From the NCBI RefSeq assembly GCF_009914755.1, contig NC_060947.1: a stretch of DNA of 64,000 nucleotides. One strand, given 5' to 3'. The translations under genes were made by a program, and so were the position numbers. Shown in pieces: positions 1 to 20,879 of this stretch (position 1 is the first letter of the stretch; each line of letters begins with the position of its first letter). The notes under the pieces were generated by a model, which saw only the letters and a program-made list of their open reading frames with translations, was not told the DNA's origin and searched no databases. This DNA is from the human T2T-CHM13v2.0 reference genome, Homo sapiens.

Positions 1-1214
1 CCCTAAGAAAGGCTGTGTCATCCTTGGAATGTTAGGCCTTACTCTATAAGCATCTTTGGACTCCCACACTTCCTGCCTCAGGCTCAGGAACTTGATCAGT
101 AGAGGGCTTTGCCTTTATGTTAGTCACTCTCTTTCCCTACCTCTTATATGGCTAATGAGAATGCTAGGCTCTTTTGAAATCTCTTGTGTTGATTTTCTCC
201 CTCATGTAGGTAGGGAGAGGGTGAAAGGGCTACTGTTCTTAGTCCTGTCTTCTGTGTAGGGGAGCCCATCTTCTTTTTGGGGCAATATTGAGGTTGGGTT
301 AGGTTATCCCTTGCAAACTTCCTACGTATCCTCCCCTGAAGGATTGCACCTGAGTCTTACCCTCAGGTTTCAGTCAGGTAGTCCGAAGTAAAGAGTTTTT
401 CTGACCCTATTTCACCAAAGGGAAGCCTGGCCTGAGGGCAGACTAGACAGGCTTGGCTCCTTTCTGATGTATGTGACCTATCTTGGTCTAAGTGAAAAAG
501 CTGAGGCTTCCTGCTTACTCTTTCTCCACCTAGCTCTCTCTTAAAGCTAATGGAGTTATCTCTCAAGATTAATGAAACTCCTTACTTGAAGAGGTTTGCT
601 AATCTTGATTTTTCCCCACATAGTGATGTCAGAACACCTTTTCACTTCAAAGTCGAAGATCACTTCTGAACAAACAAGCTTATTTAATTGATTGAGAAAT
701 CTAGGAGGGTTAGAGTATAGTTTAAGAGGCTACATAGGTAGGGCAAGAGGAGGCTGACTTGATTCAAGAAGGGTTGAAGAAGTTTCAGTGGCTTGTTATT
801 AAGCCCAAGCTGCTAAACTACACTTGCCATTTTGGCTGGTGATTTCAGGGTCTGATTTACACGGTGGAGGTCTGGCAGGTTTCTTATGCTCATGAGTAAC
901 CCCGGAATGTTTAAAAAGATAGGAATTATGGAAGGTTTCCCTGCCTGTAGGTCAGCTGATCTGTTAGATCTTGCTATTGGGGAAGGAAACTCACATCTTC
1001 TGAACACCTATAGCACCCTGCACTGTGACTCTTATTTTATGTCTATCTTATCTACATCTCACAAAAACTGTACATGTACGTATTATTGTCCTAGTTTTAC
1101 AAAAGAGAAAAACTGAAGCCCTGATGGCATGATGCAAATTGCCCAAGGTCATCTAATTAAGAAATGGGATATTAATTTGATTCCACTTGTATTGAATTTC
1201 AAAACTGTGCTCTA

Positions 1215-1720
1215 TTGGAACAGGCTGTGTTTGGTTATAGGCAACAGAAAATCAACTCAGTTTAACTTAGACACAAACCAGCTAAACAAAAAGGCATTTA
1301 TTGGCTTTATTTTAGGAAGAAATTGCTGGAATAATCTAGGAAGAAGTACTAGGGTAACTCATGGAATTGAAGAGCTGTAGGAACCAAGATTTTGGTGAGT
1401 AGAACTAGGGACTCAAAGCTGCTAGGATCCTCCTTTTCCCTGCATATCTCTTATCTTTGCTTTTCTATGCAAATTTCTTTCATGCTCTCTTACTTCAGAC
1501 AGGGTTTTGTCCACTTGGCAGGAAACATGGCTGACAAGAGCCTCATTTCAGCAACTTCAGTGGGTAAAAAACTTCCTTTTTCCTAGAATCTACATATCTC
1601 AGTAAAGGACTGAGAATTGGGCTTTATCAATCACTGCTGCCAGAGAAGGTGGGATATCTTCCTTGGCAAAACCTAAATCACAAGCCCACCTAGATTTGCG
1701 AGAATCTGTTACAAGAAAAA
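1215..1720 (-). mobile_element. MaLR LTR (old MLT1-type), degraded
   Basis: Starts caggctgtgtttggttataggcaacagaaaatcaactc...aaggcatttattggc, which resembles the reverse-complement 3' end of MLT1 LTRs. Confidence 0.55.
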
Positions 1721-1807
1721 GGAGAAGAAAGGAAGGACAGATTACAAAAAAGGAATTCCCACAGACTATTAATTGCATTTGCTTTTCCTACTCACTAGGG
1801 ACTACTG

Positions 1808-2017
1808 CAGAGTTTGACAAGCTTTTTTTCCCAAGGGTCAGATTGTAAATGTTTTTAGGCTTTGTAGGCCACATACTGTCTCTTTTACTTCTTCTTCATC
1901 CTCCTTTTCTTCTCCTTGCAATCCTTTACATAGGTGAACACCATTTTTAGCTCATAGGCCATATCAAAACAGGCCTCAGGCTGAATATGGTTTGGCTGGC
2001 CAGTTTTCTGAGCTCTG
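1808..2017. mobile_element. MER58-family hAT-Charlie MITE
   Basis: aagggtcagattgtaaatgtttttaggctttgtaggccaca...ccatttttagctcataggccatatcaaaacaggcc; about 210 bp with degenerate TIRs. Confidence 0.65.
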
Positions 2018-2179
2018 GTTTAGTGAAGTTAAGTAAGGATCCAGGTCTGAGCCATTTTGAAACAGAGCATGCTACAGTATCTTAGGATCCAGTCAACTAC
2101 ACACTGGGAATGTTCAAACCTGTAGCTAAATTCATTAAGTGAAATAAGGTAGATGCTTTAGTGAGCAAGGCAAGAGGAA

Positions 2180-2412
2180 ACTAACATTGGAGTGCCTAAT
2201 TGGTGTGAAGTGTCATGCTAGGCATTTTATATAACATAATCTCATTGAGTCTTCACGATATATTTGTGAATCAGATACTATTATTATTCTTGTCTGAGAG
2301 ATGAGGAAACTGAGACTGAGAGAAAAGTTACTTGTTTAAAGTCCACCTAGCCAGTAAGTGCCATAGCCAAGGTTCAGACACAAGTTTCTGTGGCTACCAA
2401 ACCAAAATACTT
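2180..2412 (-). mobile_element. MIR SINE
   Basis: MIR core in reverse orientation (gatgaggaaactgagactgagag...ccaaggttcagac). Confidence 0.75.
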
Positions 2413-3069
2413 TACAGTAATTTTAGCATGTCAGCTGCAGGTTCTGTGGTTGGTGGGTTGGGGAGGTGGTTCAGTCTAGCAGGCACATCAACAGCAATAG
2501 TTGATACCTCCCTAGGGTCACAAAAGGATGGTAGTCGTAATTATCTTTGGGCATCACATCTGTTTCAATGAAGTCACCTGGTATTTTTACAGTTTCTTAT
2601 ATTACACTGACTTTTAATAACCAACATGGAATACCTTTTCACAAAATAATGTTAGCCAAAGGTGATAGGCAAGGTGTTTTAATAGATAACAAAGGGTAGT
2701 TGCTTCAATGTTAATAGAATTTTATTCCTTTGAGCTCCTATGGTTGTGTGCTACATTGATTTGTGGATAGGGAGATTTAACCCACAGTAGATTTTGAAAC
2801 AGCAGAATATTGTTTTGATGAAGGAATATAGCCAGGTAGACCCCTTCTTACTGTTTTTCTGCTCCCCCATATAAGAGAAAACTTGAAGTAGATAGCAGAT
2901 TGACGTTATGCTTTCAGGAGTGTCTTCTTTGGACAATGATAAATTGGTAGCCTTTGAAATATGTCCTTCCAAAAATAAACTAGTACATACCTTCACAAGT
3001 CATCTGACATTAGTTTTCTGCTTTATCTTTTGAGGTCTGGCAGGGGCCACTAAGTGAAGAAAATGAAGA

Positions 3070-3330
3070 AAACTTATTTACTGTGTATCTACTACGTGTC
3101 AGGTGCTTTCCTAAAATAAGTTTGTAAGTTACATAGTATGATTATCCCATTTTAATTAATTTTAATGATTCTTAGTGTATGCTAAACCTTTCACACCCCC
3201 ATTTATGAAGAAGTTGAGACTCAGAGAAAGGAAGAGATTTTCTCAAGGTTACACAGCTTAGCAGATCCAAGATGATGATCTCAAGTTAGACACACAAACT
3301 CTGCTCTTTTCCCAATATACCACACTATCA
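3070..3330 (-). mobile_element. MIR SINE
   Basis: Reverse MIR core (tgagactcagagaaagg...tctcaaggttacacagct). Confidence 0.6.
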
Positions 3331-3779
3331 GCAATTGTTCACTGGTCCCTACAACTCCTGGACTAGGGCAAGAAATAGAGTTTATATTTATGAAGTTTCA
3401 ACATTAGCATTTTGGCCTATGGGGGTTTCTGGAGTTCTTCATTATAGGGATTTGGAGTACAATGAGTCATGAGGCATTTTTTGGCATGTAACATACCTTT
3501 TTTGAAGATCTATTTATCCCCTGTAAGCTAATGCTTTTTCCCACAGCATGCCATGCGAAATAATTGTCCCCAGTCAACCCCTCTACCCTGGCTTGGTCCT
3601 CTCACAGTTCTCATGTCTGTACTTATGGTGCATCCCAAGGTGAAGCCTGTAAAGTTTCTCTTAAGAAAGGTCCCAGGCCCTTCCCTAGGGCCTAGAAAAA
3701 TAAAATTTTATTTTAAGGTATATTATGCATAAATAAAAGAAGCAGAAACAGAGGGAAGCAATATGAATGAGAATATGCA

Positions 3780-4030
3780 ATAATAGATAATAGCTTGCTT
3801 GCTTTTCTCTCTATATAAACACTATAGTTTACTTTTGCCTGTTTTTTAAAGTTTATATGAATGGAATCATATGCTATGTTTTCTTTTCTTGTCTCATTGC
3901 TTTCACTCAATATTATGTGTATGAGATTCATTGAATATATTGGTTATGGAAGTTATGCATTCATTCATGTTGCTAATCATTTTATTGTACAAATATAGAC
4001 AAATATAGCATATTTTATGAATTTATGTGT
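3780..4030 (-). mobile_element. old L1M (L1ME-like) 3' fragment
   Basis: tatatgaatggaatcatatgctatg...tttcactcaatattatgtgtatgagattcat is typical L1M 3' sequence in reverse. Confidence 0.6.
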
Positions 4031-4084
4031 CCTCCTTATATAAGGACGATGCTAATCATCTATTCATTTTTCCAATTTTAGTTT

Positions 4085-4450
4085 ATGTGCTGTGAAAGTG
4101 AGCATGAGCCTTGGTTTCTTCATCTGAAAAGTGTAGATAACAGAACTAGTTAACTCATCAGTTTGTTGTGAGAATTAAATAAGACAGGTATAGGTTTAGC
4201 ATTCATAGTGCCTGGTTGGTTTTCTATTATTTCCACAATGAGAGGCTTTAATATACAGAGTATGTGGTTTTGGAGCCAGAGATACTTGGCATTGATTCAT
4301 AGTTCCATTGTTTCTTGCTTTTCTCAAGTCTCAGTTTGCTTGTCTGCAAGATAGAGATGAGTAATATTCCACAACCAAGTTTTGTCATAGGAGTTCTGTT
4401 AAAAATGCAGAATATCTGGCACATGGTAGGCACTTGGCATAGTTTGTTGA
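4085..4450 (+). mobile_element. two tandem MIR SINEs
   Basis: gagccttggtttcttcatctgaaaag and tggagccagagatacttgg...tctcagtttgcttgtctgcaagat. Confidence 0.65.
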
Positions 4451-4560
4451 TCTGTACTTCATTTTTAAAAAGTATTCTAAACTGTAGTGTTTAGAAATCA
4501 CACTGGTGATGTGAGAGTATCGATTTCTCAGTTTAACATGGAGAAATAGAACTGGAACTC

Positions 4561-4640
4561 TGTGTGTATGTGAGTGTATGTGTGTCTGTGTGTGTGTGAG
4601 AGAGAGACAAATACAGAGTGAGAGAGACAGAGAGAGAGAA
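4561..4640. repeat. compound (TG)n/(GA)n microsatellite
   Basis: tgtgtgtatgtgagtgtatg...gagagagacagagagagaga is directly visible. Confidence 0.9.
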
Positions 4641-5369
4641 AAGGGGAGTGAAAGGGAGAAGTGATTCAAGGAGAAATAGTGAGGCTGTTTTCCTGTGTGT
4701 GGCTTTATAGTCAGAGACCTTGCCTAGACGCATGGAGGAAGAACCTTTGTGAAATACAGCCTATAAAAGTAATTTTAAAAAATGCTAATCCAGGATGTAG
4801 TTTTTCCCTAGGTGGGGGTTCTGATGAGTTGTTTGTGTGAGAAAAGTGTAGTTATTGCTACATTTGTCTCAGTGTGACAACCGGACATGAATTACACACC
4901 ACCCAATGCGAAAAGTTACCCTTGGAACACATGCTGACTAATCAGAAACAATTTTGCCAGATGTTATTAATTGCAGAAAAGCTCCCCTTTCCTCCTCAGG
5001 AAGTTGACTCAACCCTTTCAGAACTTTCTGTTTGTTTTGATGGCTGACAAGGAGAGTGAGGCATGGAACTATTTTATATCCTCCCAAATAATTTCTATCC
5101 TAGTAGGATGGGTTGTCTATTGTGCTTCTTTTGTGTCCTAGAAGGCAGGACCTGAACCTTATCCACCGAGCTGGGTGATCCTTAACAAACATCAAATCCT
5201 GAAGATAGTTCTGGCTTTTTGTCTACACTTTTCTTCTCCCATTATCCCCCCTACCCCTTGCTGTACCCAACTCCACTTTATCTCCCAGACGTGAATAAAA
5301 CAGCTACGGAGAAGCCGTGATATCACTGAGTATAAAAGGCTAACCAATGGCCAAAGGAAGGCTGGACTC

Positions 5370-5790
5370 TTCCATTAGCTCACTTTTGATAAGTCACTTC
5401 CTTTCTCTGGACGTCAGTTTTACCATTTGTCAAATGGGAATAAGACACTTCCCAGTTCTCACAGGGTCGCTGAGGAAATATGCAAAACAAGTTGTGCAAA
5501 CTGAAAGCCTTCAGTATATGTAAGGCATAATAAAAACAACCAATACTTATTGACTCATTAAGTGCTTACTATGAACTAGGTACTCTTCTAAACTCTTTAT
5601 TCACAATATTTTACTTAATCTTCCCAACATGAGGCAAATATGATTTCCATCTTAAATGTATGGAAGAATTAGGTGAGGCTGAGAGAGGTGAAGTCACTTG
5701 CCCAAAGTCATATGGTCTAGTAAGTGGGAGAGCTGAGTTTAAAGCCAGAAAATTGGACTGTCTCTACTCTTAACCAGCTTGCTATTCTGT
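5370..5790. mobile_element. two MIRs in opposite orientation (+ 5370-5530, - 5545-5790)
   Basis: tcagttttaccatttgtcaaatggg (+) and tgaggctgagagaggtgaagtcacttgcccaaagtcata (-). Confidence 0.7.
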
Positions 5791-6259
5791 CTCTTTGCTG
5801 TTATTACTACATTACTCATGCATTCTCATTTGCTAAATTTCAATTCAAGTCCCATCCCTTCAGAAAGACTTGTCTAACCATTCCAGCCATTAGCTAAATA
5901 TCCCCTCCTGAGTTTTTTAATGATGCTGTGTTACTAATTTGATGCCTAGCACTATTGCCTTATCATTCCAAACATACTTCTGCTTGAGTTTTTCATAGAT
6001 GTTAAGCTCATTTGTTCAGATATATTGTAAGCTTACTGTGAAAGCATATTATATCTCATACCTTGGTATCCCCCATAGTATTGAGGATAAGGTAGAATGA
6101 AGAACTCTCAGAAACAGAAGGGCTCTGAAAGATTTTTTAGCCAAGGCTCTCTTTAAATGATGGTCTGACTATAGCAAAATAAAAAAGTAATAGAAACAGG
6201 ATGATCATCTTTCTTGCACCTAATGGTGTACATTTTTATTAGTGCAGCTCATGAGTGGT

Positions 6260-7800
6260 TGGTTCATTCATGCATTTCTTTGACTGACAATATTGTGGTA
6301 TTATATGTTATGATAAGCAGTGAAACAAAACAGAGTGAAAACAGAAAAGGATCATAACAAAGTCCCTGCCCTCAAGGAGATTACAACTTAGTAAGGGAAG
6401 GTGGATATGTATATTAGTACATGGGACAACATATTTAAGAAAATATTTAAGTATTTAAGTAAATATGTGTAGGAAGAGTGGGGAAACACAAAACTGGAGC
6501 AAAAGGTAAAGGAGCCATGGAAATTTTCCTGGAAGAGGTGAATCTGGAGCTAAATGTTGGCCATTGAGTACATGCTTATTAGAAGGCCAAGGTGAGGGAG
6601 CATTTCCAGTAGAGAAAGTAGCATAAGCTATCTGACATGGAAGTGTGAAATCATTGAGGTCCTTACATATCACACTAAAGAATTTGGATTTTATTCTATA
6701 ATCATTAAGAAGACAGTAGAAGACTATTCTAGCAGCAGTTAGAGAATGGACTAAAAGGGAACAAAGCTGCAGGAGACAGGGAGACCAATTAAAAGACCAG
6801 ATATATGAAGGGAGAACTAATTAGAATACTATGTAGATGAAGGTCTTAACTAAGGCAGCAGCACAGAAGATTGGGAGGAAAACACAGGCAGGACATATAT
6901 TAACAAGAGAGAAAAAGTAGGGCTTAGTTGCTAGCTGAACACGTGGAGGGTGAATAAAAGTGAGAGATCTAAGAGTATGAATGTGCAGGTTTATTACAGC
7001 TTAGGTGACTGGATAAATGGTGGTGTCATTCACCGAGATTGAGAACCCAGGATGAAAAACAAAATTGGAGGAAACAACCATGAGGGTAGGTTTGGACATA
7101 GTGAGTTTTAGATTTCTGAGGGTATGCAGGTAGATATTTTAAGTAGGCAGTCAGTTATATGGAACTGAAGTCAAGAGAAAAGACTGGGCACTATGTCATT
7201 TAACCCTCACAAAGACTTTATGATTTAGGAAGCAAATTTGACCCCTTTTTACTAATGAGGAAAACAAGGCTTAGAAGAGGTTAAGTAATTCACACAATTA
7301 GTAAGTGGCAGAGCCAGATTTAAACCCAGGTCAGTCCTGCTTTAACACCTGCATGCTTAATCATTGCTGTAAATAAAGTACTGGCAGTGGATGGGATTGT
7401 TGAAGGTACATGTATAGATTGCAAAAATAAGAGGGTCAATAGGTGAAACTTCTAGGCACAACAAACTTTTAGGTGTATGAAGAAGAAAAGACTACAGATG
7501 GGATTGAGAAGGAACTATCAAAGAGGTAAGAGGAGAAGCCGGCATGAGAAGTATGGCAGAAGCTGAAAGTAGACAACAGTCAAAGGCCATGGAGCAGGGG
7601 TCAAATAAGCAAGGTTGTTGCAAAGAGACCTCAGGATCCAGCAATAAGGAGGTTGTTGATACCTGCTAGAGCACTCTCAGAGGAGTGGTGAGAGTATAAT
7701 CTGGAATGCAGCAGATTGTAAAGTGAGGGAATTGATAGACTGACGTGATACCCTTTTGAGGTGCTTATCAGTAATGAAGAAGGGAAAGACAGGGTGGCAG
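6260..7800 (-). mobile_element. L2 LINE relic with nested MIR (about 7190-7370)
   Basis: Begins with ttcattcatgcatt (L2 3' end, reversed), then ccctgccctcaaggag and gtttggacatagtgagtttta L2 motifs; MIR core gaggaaaacaaggcttagaag lies inside. Confidence 0.75.
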
Positions 7801-8119
7801 TCTGAGAAAGATGCAGAGTAGAGGGATATCTTTTTCCAACTGGGAAGTGGTTGGGTGGAGTGGGATACATGGTTTGAGGAGTGGGCAAAGATACAGAATA
7901 TCGAATATGGGGAAAAAAACAAGGGACTGACCAAGGACGCATTAAAAATACTGCCAAGTGCAGCACTAAAGGCCTCACATGGATTTGTAGGTGCCCTAAT
8001 GTGCCTTGTTCCATGATAGCTGTAACCTCACTTAACAGCTTTATTGTGGGAAGGACACCACACCAAATTTGTTCTCAAACTTTTTCCAGCCCAGTGCTCC
8101 TGAAGGGCATGACATGAAT

Positions 8120-8355
8120 AACTAACAATTTCTGTGCACTTACCATCTCCAAAGCACTGTTTTAAATGTTTTACATATGTTAACTCATTTAATCCTTGCA
8201 ACAACCATAGAGTTTAAGCGTCTATTTTCATTCCAATTTTACAAGTAAAGAAACTAGAATGCAGAGGATATGTATAATGCTAGCAAACTGAGGAGACAGG
8301 ATTTATACAGAGGTGGTCTAAGTATGATTCCATGCTTATAACCACAATGCTGTGA
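8120..8355 (-). mobile_element. MIR SINE
   Basis: taactcatttaatccttgcaacaacc...ccaattttacaagtaaagaaact. Confidence 0.6.
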
Positions 8356-8409
8356 CTATGAGTCACTATAAGGCAGTGATTATCCACTCAGGCTAGAGTG
8401 GGTGTGGAG

Positions 8410-10433
<2,024 letters not shown>

Positions 10434-10439
10434 ATATAA

Positions 10440-10830
10440 ATGCTGTTTTTGATGAGGTGTTCAGAGAAAGCCTCAAAGTAACATTTGAACAGAGGGTCAA
10501 ATGATGTGAAGGAATCAGCCATGAGAATAAATCTACCAGAATAGAGTTCTTAGCAGACTAAATAGCAAGTGTAAAGTCCATGAAGTGGGAACATATTTGA
10601 CTTGTCTGAGGAACAGCAAGAAAACCACTGTGGCTAGGGCAGAGTGAAGGAGGGGAAGAGTCATGCTAGATGAGACTTGTGATGTGAACAAAAACTAGTC
10701 TTTCCTCTTCTATAAACTGCAGATAATAATAGTACTTATAGAGCTGGAGTAAGGAATAAATGATATAATGCATGTAAAAATCCTGATACAATTCCGGCAC
10801 ATGGCAAGTGCTCAAAAACTAATATATGCT
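10440..10830. mobile_element. L2 fragment (-) followed by MIR (+)
   Basis: gaggaacagcaagaaaaccactgtggctagggcagagtg (L2) and tttcctcttctataaactgcagataataatagtac (MIR). Confidence 0.6.
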
Positions 10831-12984
10831 ATCATTGTTATTATTATCAGGCTGATCATGCCTAATTTTGCCATGCAGGTGGCAGAGTTTGAATTAGAAG
10901 TGTAAGTCAGAGCAGGAGCCTCTTGGTGGAGCAGGCAGAGACAAGAGCATGAGCAGAAATGAAGTAGCCATAAATAGGAAGCAAGATCGACATACTTCAC
11001 TGGCGCAAACAGACTAGAGTGGTGTCACACAGAATGACTAATATTTAATATGAGGGAGAAAGACTGGAACATTGACAACAGGGCTGAAAACCATTAAATC
11101 AAGATGGCTCACAAGGAGAAGGTCACTAGTCTGACAGTCAGGAGGCTTTGTCTTCACATCCATAAAATAGAAAAAGTAACTACTTCATAAAGTTGATAAG
11201 ATTAATGAAAGCACCTAGCACAGTGCTGGGCATGTAAGAAGGGTAGAAAATATAGTCAGCTGAAAATTGTTAAGAACTAGGATGCATGAAGAGTCTTCTT
11301 GGGCTAGAGAATAGAGAACTCTGTTGTCCATGTCATATTTGCTCCACAGGTGCAAGTCTCATTTGCTAGATGGCATTCATGATGATTGCTTCACACTCCC
11401 TCTGTTTTCATCCTCATTTGTTTCTTAAATTCATGGCTTTATATTCTGACTGTAGTCCACTGACTCTGACCCCACCAGAACTCAGAATTATTCCACACTT
11501 TCTCTTCCTGTATTTGGACCCCTGGCATGCCATTTTGGTTTTGTATGCACCTCTGGTCTCCTGTGCAACTCTATTGTTTAAGGGAAATATGAGGATTCCC
11601 TGGCCTTGAAGAATCTACCCTCAATCCTACTCTCTTAATAAGAAAATGAAGAAAGAGAGTGCAATGTGGGCATCTGTCCATACAGGATCCCACCATCATC
11701 ACAGGACCATCTCATTATCCCCAGATGCTCGCTGTTCCCGGATCCATTTAATAATGAGCTTGGCTCAATATTAAGCCTCTGCACTCCACCCCCACCCACT
11801 ACACATAGATTTTTAACTGTTTTGTACTTAGGGTAGAAATGGGAAAAGGAAGATATTTATTTGGCACTTCTTGTCTCAGGCAAGAATTAGTCTGCACTAC
11901 AGGGCAGATAAATTGGTTTAAAAATTAGTAGAGTCAGCTATCACCAAAGTCAATAGAGCAGAGCCAGGAGGAATGATGCAAGAGACAAGTCATTTTAACA
12001 CTTTCTGGAGCTAAGTGGGGCATAAAAAATAGTTTGAAAGTACTTTGAATTAGGGGATTCAGTTTGTGCCTAACATCTGTCCAAACCTCCTTCTTGTCCT
12101 CTGAGTCAGAGTTAATCTGATCTTGGCTTAAAACCCCTGGAAAAAGAAATTAACCAGCTAGGTCACTGCTGCTTGGGAATATATTATGCCAGGAATCAGA
12201 ATAATCAAGAAGAATGCATCAGCCACGTGATTCTGGAAGACTTGCTGTTTGAGGTTGGACAACTCTACAAAAACGTAACCATTAGACTCTGGGCTCTGGC
12301 AAACAGATTCCCAGTCCATTATACAACACTGAGGAAACTGTACAGCATTTTGAGTCTGAATAAAAAATATATTTTCTGTAAAATTATTTATTTTTCTGCA
12401 CTCCATTTAAGCTATTTGTTTATGCGTGGGTTTGATGTGTGTAGCTATGGCTTGCTAAGATAGTTGAAAAGGTTTATAAGCAATGTTCACTTAGATATGG
12501 AACTCATATCAATATGATGGCAAAGGGTCTGGTATATGTTATGTTGTGAAGAGATGCAGGATTGGAATTTCAGGAAATGATGGAATTACCTAGGTCTTTA
12601 GAAGAGAGGGAAGATAGGAGTATAAACAACCTATTTTAAATTCCAGTAAAAAGTGAGAACTGGCTGAAGATCAAGGCACATTGGAAATTAACCACAGATC
12701 TGGGGAGTTACATATAACCTAAGCTGTCTGGCAACTTCAAAAAGCAACTATTCCTGGTGTAACCCTACTAGCTGACACTTGAGACAATATAAAATGCTGT
12801 CACCTTGCCCTTGCACTATTCCTGACAGAAAAGATCTAAGGTCCTTTGATAATAGTCACTTGCCAAGGTCCAAGAATAGATTGTCTTTCAGGTATCTATC
12901 TCACTTTGTTACAAGGCAATCATATAGACACACATTTTCTGGAAGGCATGTTCTGGAAGAAAATAAAAAATCTTAGAAATATTC

Positions 12985-13800
12985 ATGGGTTTTGATCTAG
13001 CAATCCCCATTCTGAGACTCCAGTCTAAAGAAACATAAAAAAAAACCTATGTATTTGGGGAGTTTTGTCAGAAAACATTTTTAACTTGCAGTATTTAAAA
13101 GAATATTTACTGTTCCCAAAATGTCATTCAAATGCACGTATTGTCATTGTTTGGGGATGGGAACTAGTTTTGCAAAAAAACACCTAATGTTGTATAATAA
13201 TGCCCCAATGATCTTGCTGGTTAAAAATACAGTATTTTTGGCCACAATAAAAAAGATAGTGGGAGGAAACTTTTGAAGGTGATGGGTGTATTTATGGCAT
13301 TGATTGTGGTGATGATTTCATAGGTATATACTTATCTCCAAACTCATAAAGTTGTATACATTAAAAATGTACAGCTCTTTGTATGTCAATCATACCTGAG
13401 TAATGTGGTTCAAAAATGATATACATATACATTTATGCATAAGATTGTTTATTACAGTGGTGACGCTTTTCATAGTAACACATTTCAAACAATCTTAATG
13501 TCCAATAACAGGAAAAGACTAAATGAATCATGTTGTGATGCAATATTATGCAGCCAGTAAAATGATGTTTACATGGTGTTTTAAAAAATGAAATTAGACT
13601 ATGTTTCTAATGTAAAGTTATATAAAAATTATACAATTGTACATATAGTATAAACTTAATTATGTAAACACATTATGTATTGTGCATTAATGTATGTATA
13701 TATACATGGAAAACATATTAGAAGGAAATATACCTAAACATTAGCAATGATTATCATTGTTTAACAGGATTATAAGTGATTTGTATTTTCTTCTTTATTT
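12985..13800 (+). mobile_element. nested old L1M 3' pieces (L1ME host with an L1MD-like 3' end at about 13258-13416)
   Basis: tttgatctagcaatccccattctgag and gggaggaaacttttgaaggtgatggg...aaagttgtatacattaaa...gtcaatcatacct. Confidence 0.65.
13046..13255 (+). pseudogene. probable retrocopied mRNA 3'UTR end (parent uncertain; recalled resemblance to RBMS1 3'UTR)
   Basis: About 200 bp of non-L1 AT-rich sequence ending ...ttaaaaatacagtatttttggccacaataaaaaa and embedded between L1M pieces. The parent guess is from memory only. Confidence 0.45.
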
Positions 13801-13809
13801 TGTGCATTT

Positions 13810-14165
13810 TTCCTAGAAGCAGAGAGTAGAATGATTGTTAACAGGGTCTGGAGGTGGCAGGGAGATTGGGGACATGTTAGTCAAAGGATACAAAATTTCT
13901 ATTAGACAGAAGTAATAAATTCAAGAGATTTACTGTAAAACATGGTGATTATAGTTAACAACAATATATTGTACACTAGAAAGTTATTTAAGACAGCAGG
14001 TTTTAAGTGTTCTCACCATGAATAACTGAAAAGTATATGAGGTAATGCACATGTTAATTAGCTTGACTTAGCCATTCCACAACGTGTATCTGTTTCAAAA
14101 CATCATGTTATACACTGTAAATATATACATTTTTGTCAATTTGAAATAAATTTTAAAATAGATAT
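13810..14165 (+). mobile_element. L1MA-type 3' end
   Basis: agaagcagagagtagaatg...gtcaaaggatacaaaatttc...gaggtaatgcacatgttaattagcttgacttagccattccaca. Confidence 0.85.
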
Positions 14166-14184
14166 TAAAATAAAGAATCATGTT

Positions 14185-14705
14185 ACTAGCAATCTCATGA
14201 CTATATTATGTTTTATGACCATAAGGATTTTGCAGATATAATCAAGGTCCCAATTTAGTTGATTTTGAGTTAATCAAAAGGGAGATCATTCTGTCTGGGC
14301 CTAACCTAAATAGACAAACCCTGTAAAAGCAGTAAGCATTCTCCTCTTGTCTTGAAGGAAGAAAACAGACATCTATGCTGTGAACTGCTTAAGGAAAGCA
14401 GTTGATTGAAAGAACTGAGAGAAATTCCTAGCAGACACTAGTAAGAAAACAAGGACCACAGTCATACAACTGCAAGGAACTGAATTCTGCCAACAACCTG
14501 AATAAGACTGGAAGAAGATCTTGAGACCTAAATGAGAAGCACAGGATTGGCCAAAACTTTACTGTAATCTAGTGAGACCTGAGCAGAGCAGAATATCCAA
14601 TTAAGCTGACTCCTGACACATTGAAATGGTAACATAATAAATGAATATTGCTTTAAGTTGCTAGGTTTATGGTAATTTGTTTTGCAGAAAAGGATAACTA
14701 ATGCA
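14185..14705 (+). mobile_element. MaLR LTR (MLT1D/E-like)
   Basis: gattttgcagatataatcaaggtccc...caactgcaaggaactgaattctgccaacaacctgaat...ending ataactaatgca. Confidence 0.85.
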
Positions 14706-14726
14706 ACAATAATCAAATGAACAGCT

Positions 14727-20872
<6,146 letters not shown>

Positions 20873-20879
20873 CTCTGAT

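Noticed and set aside
12158-12463. Overlapping 82/96-aa ORFs in non-repeat DNA as a possible coding exon
   Set aside because: No recognisable protein similarity and no convincing pair of splice sites.
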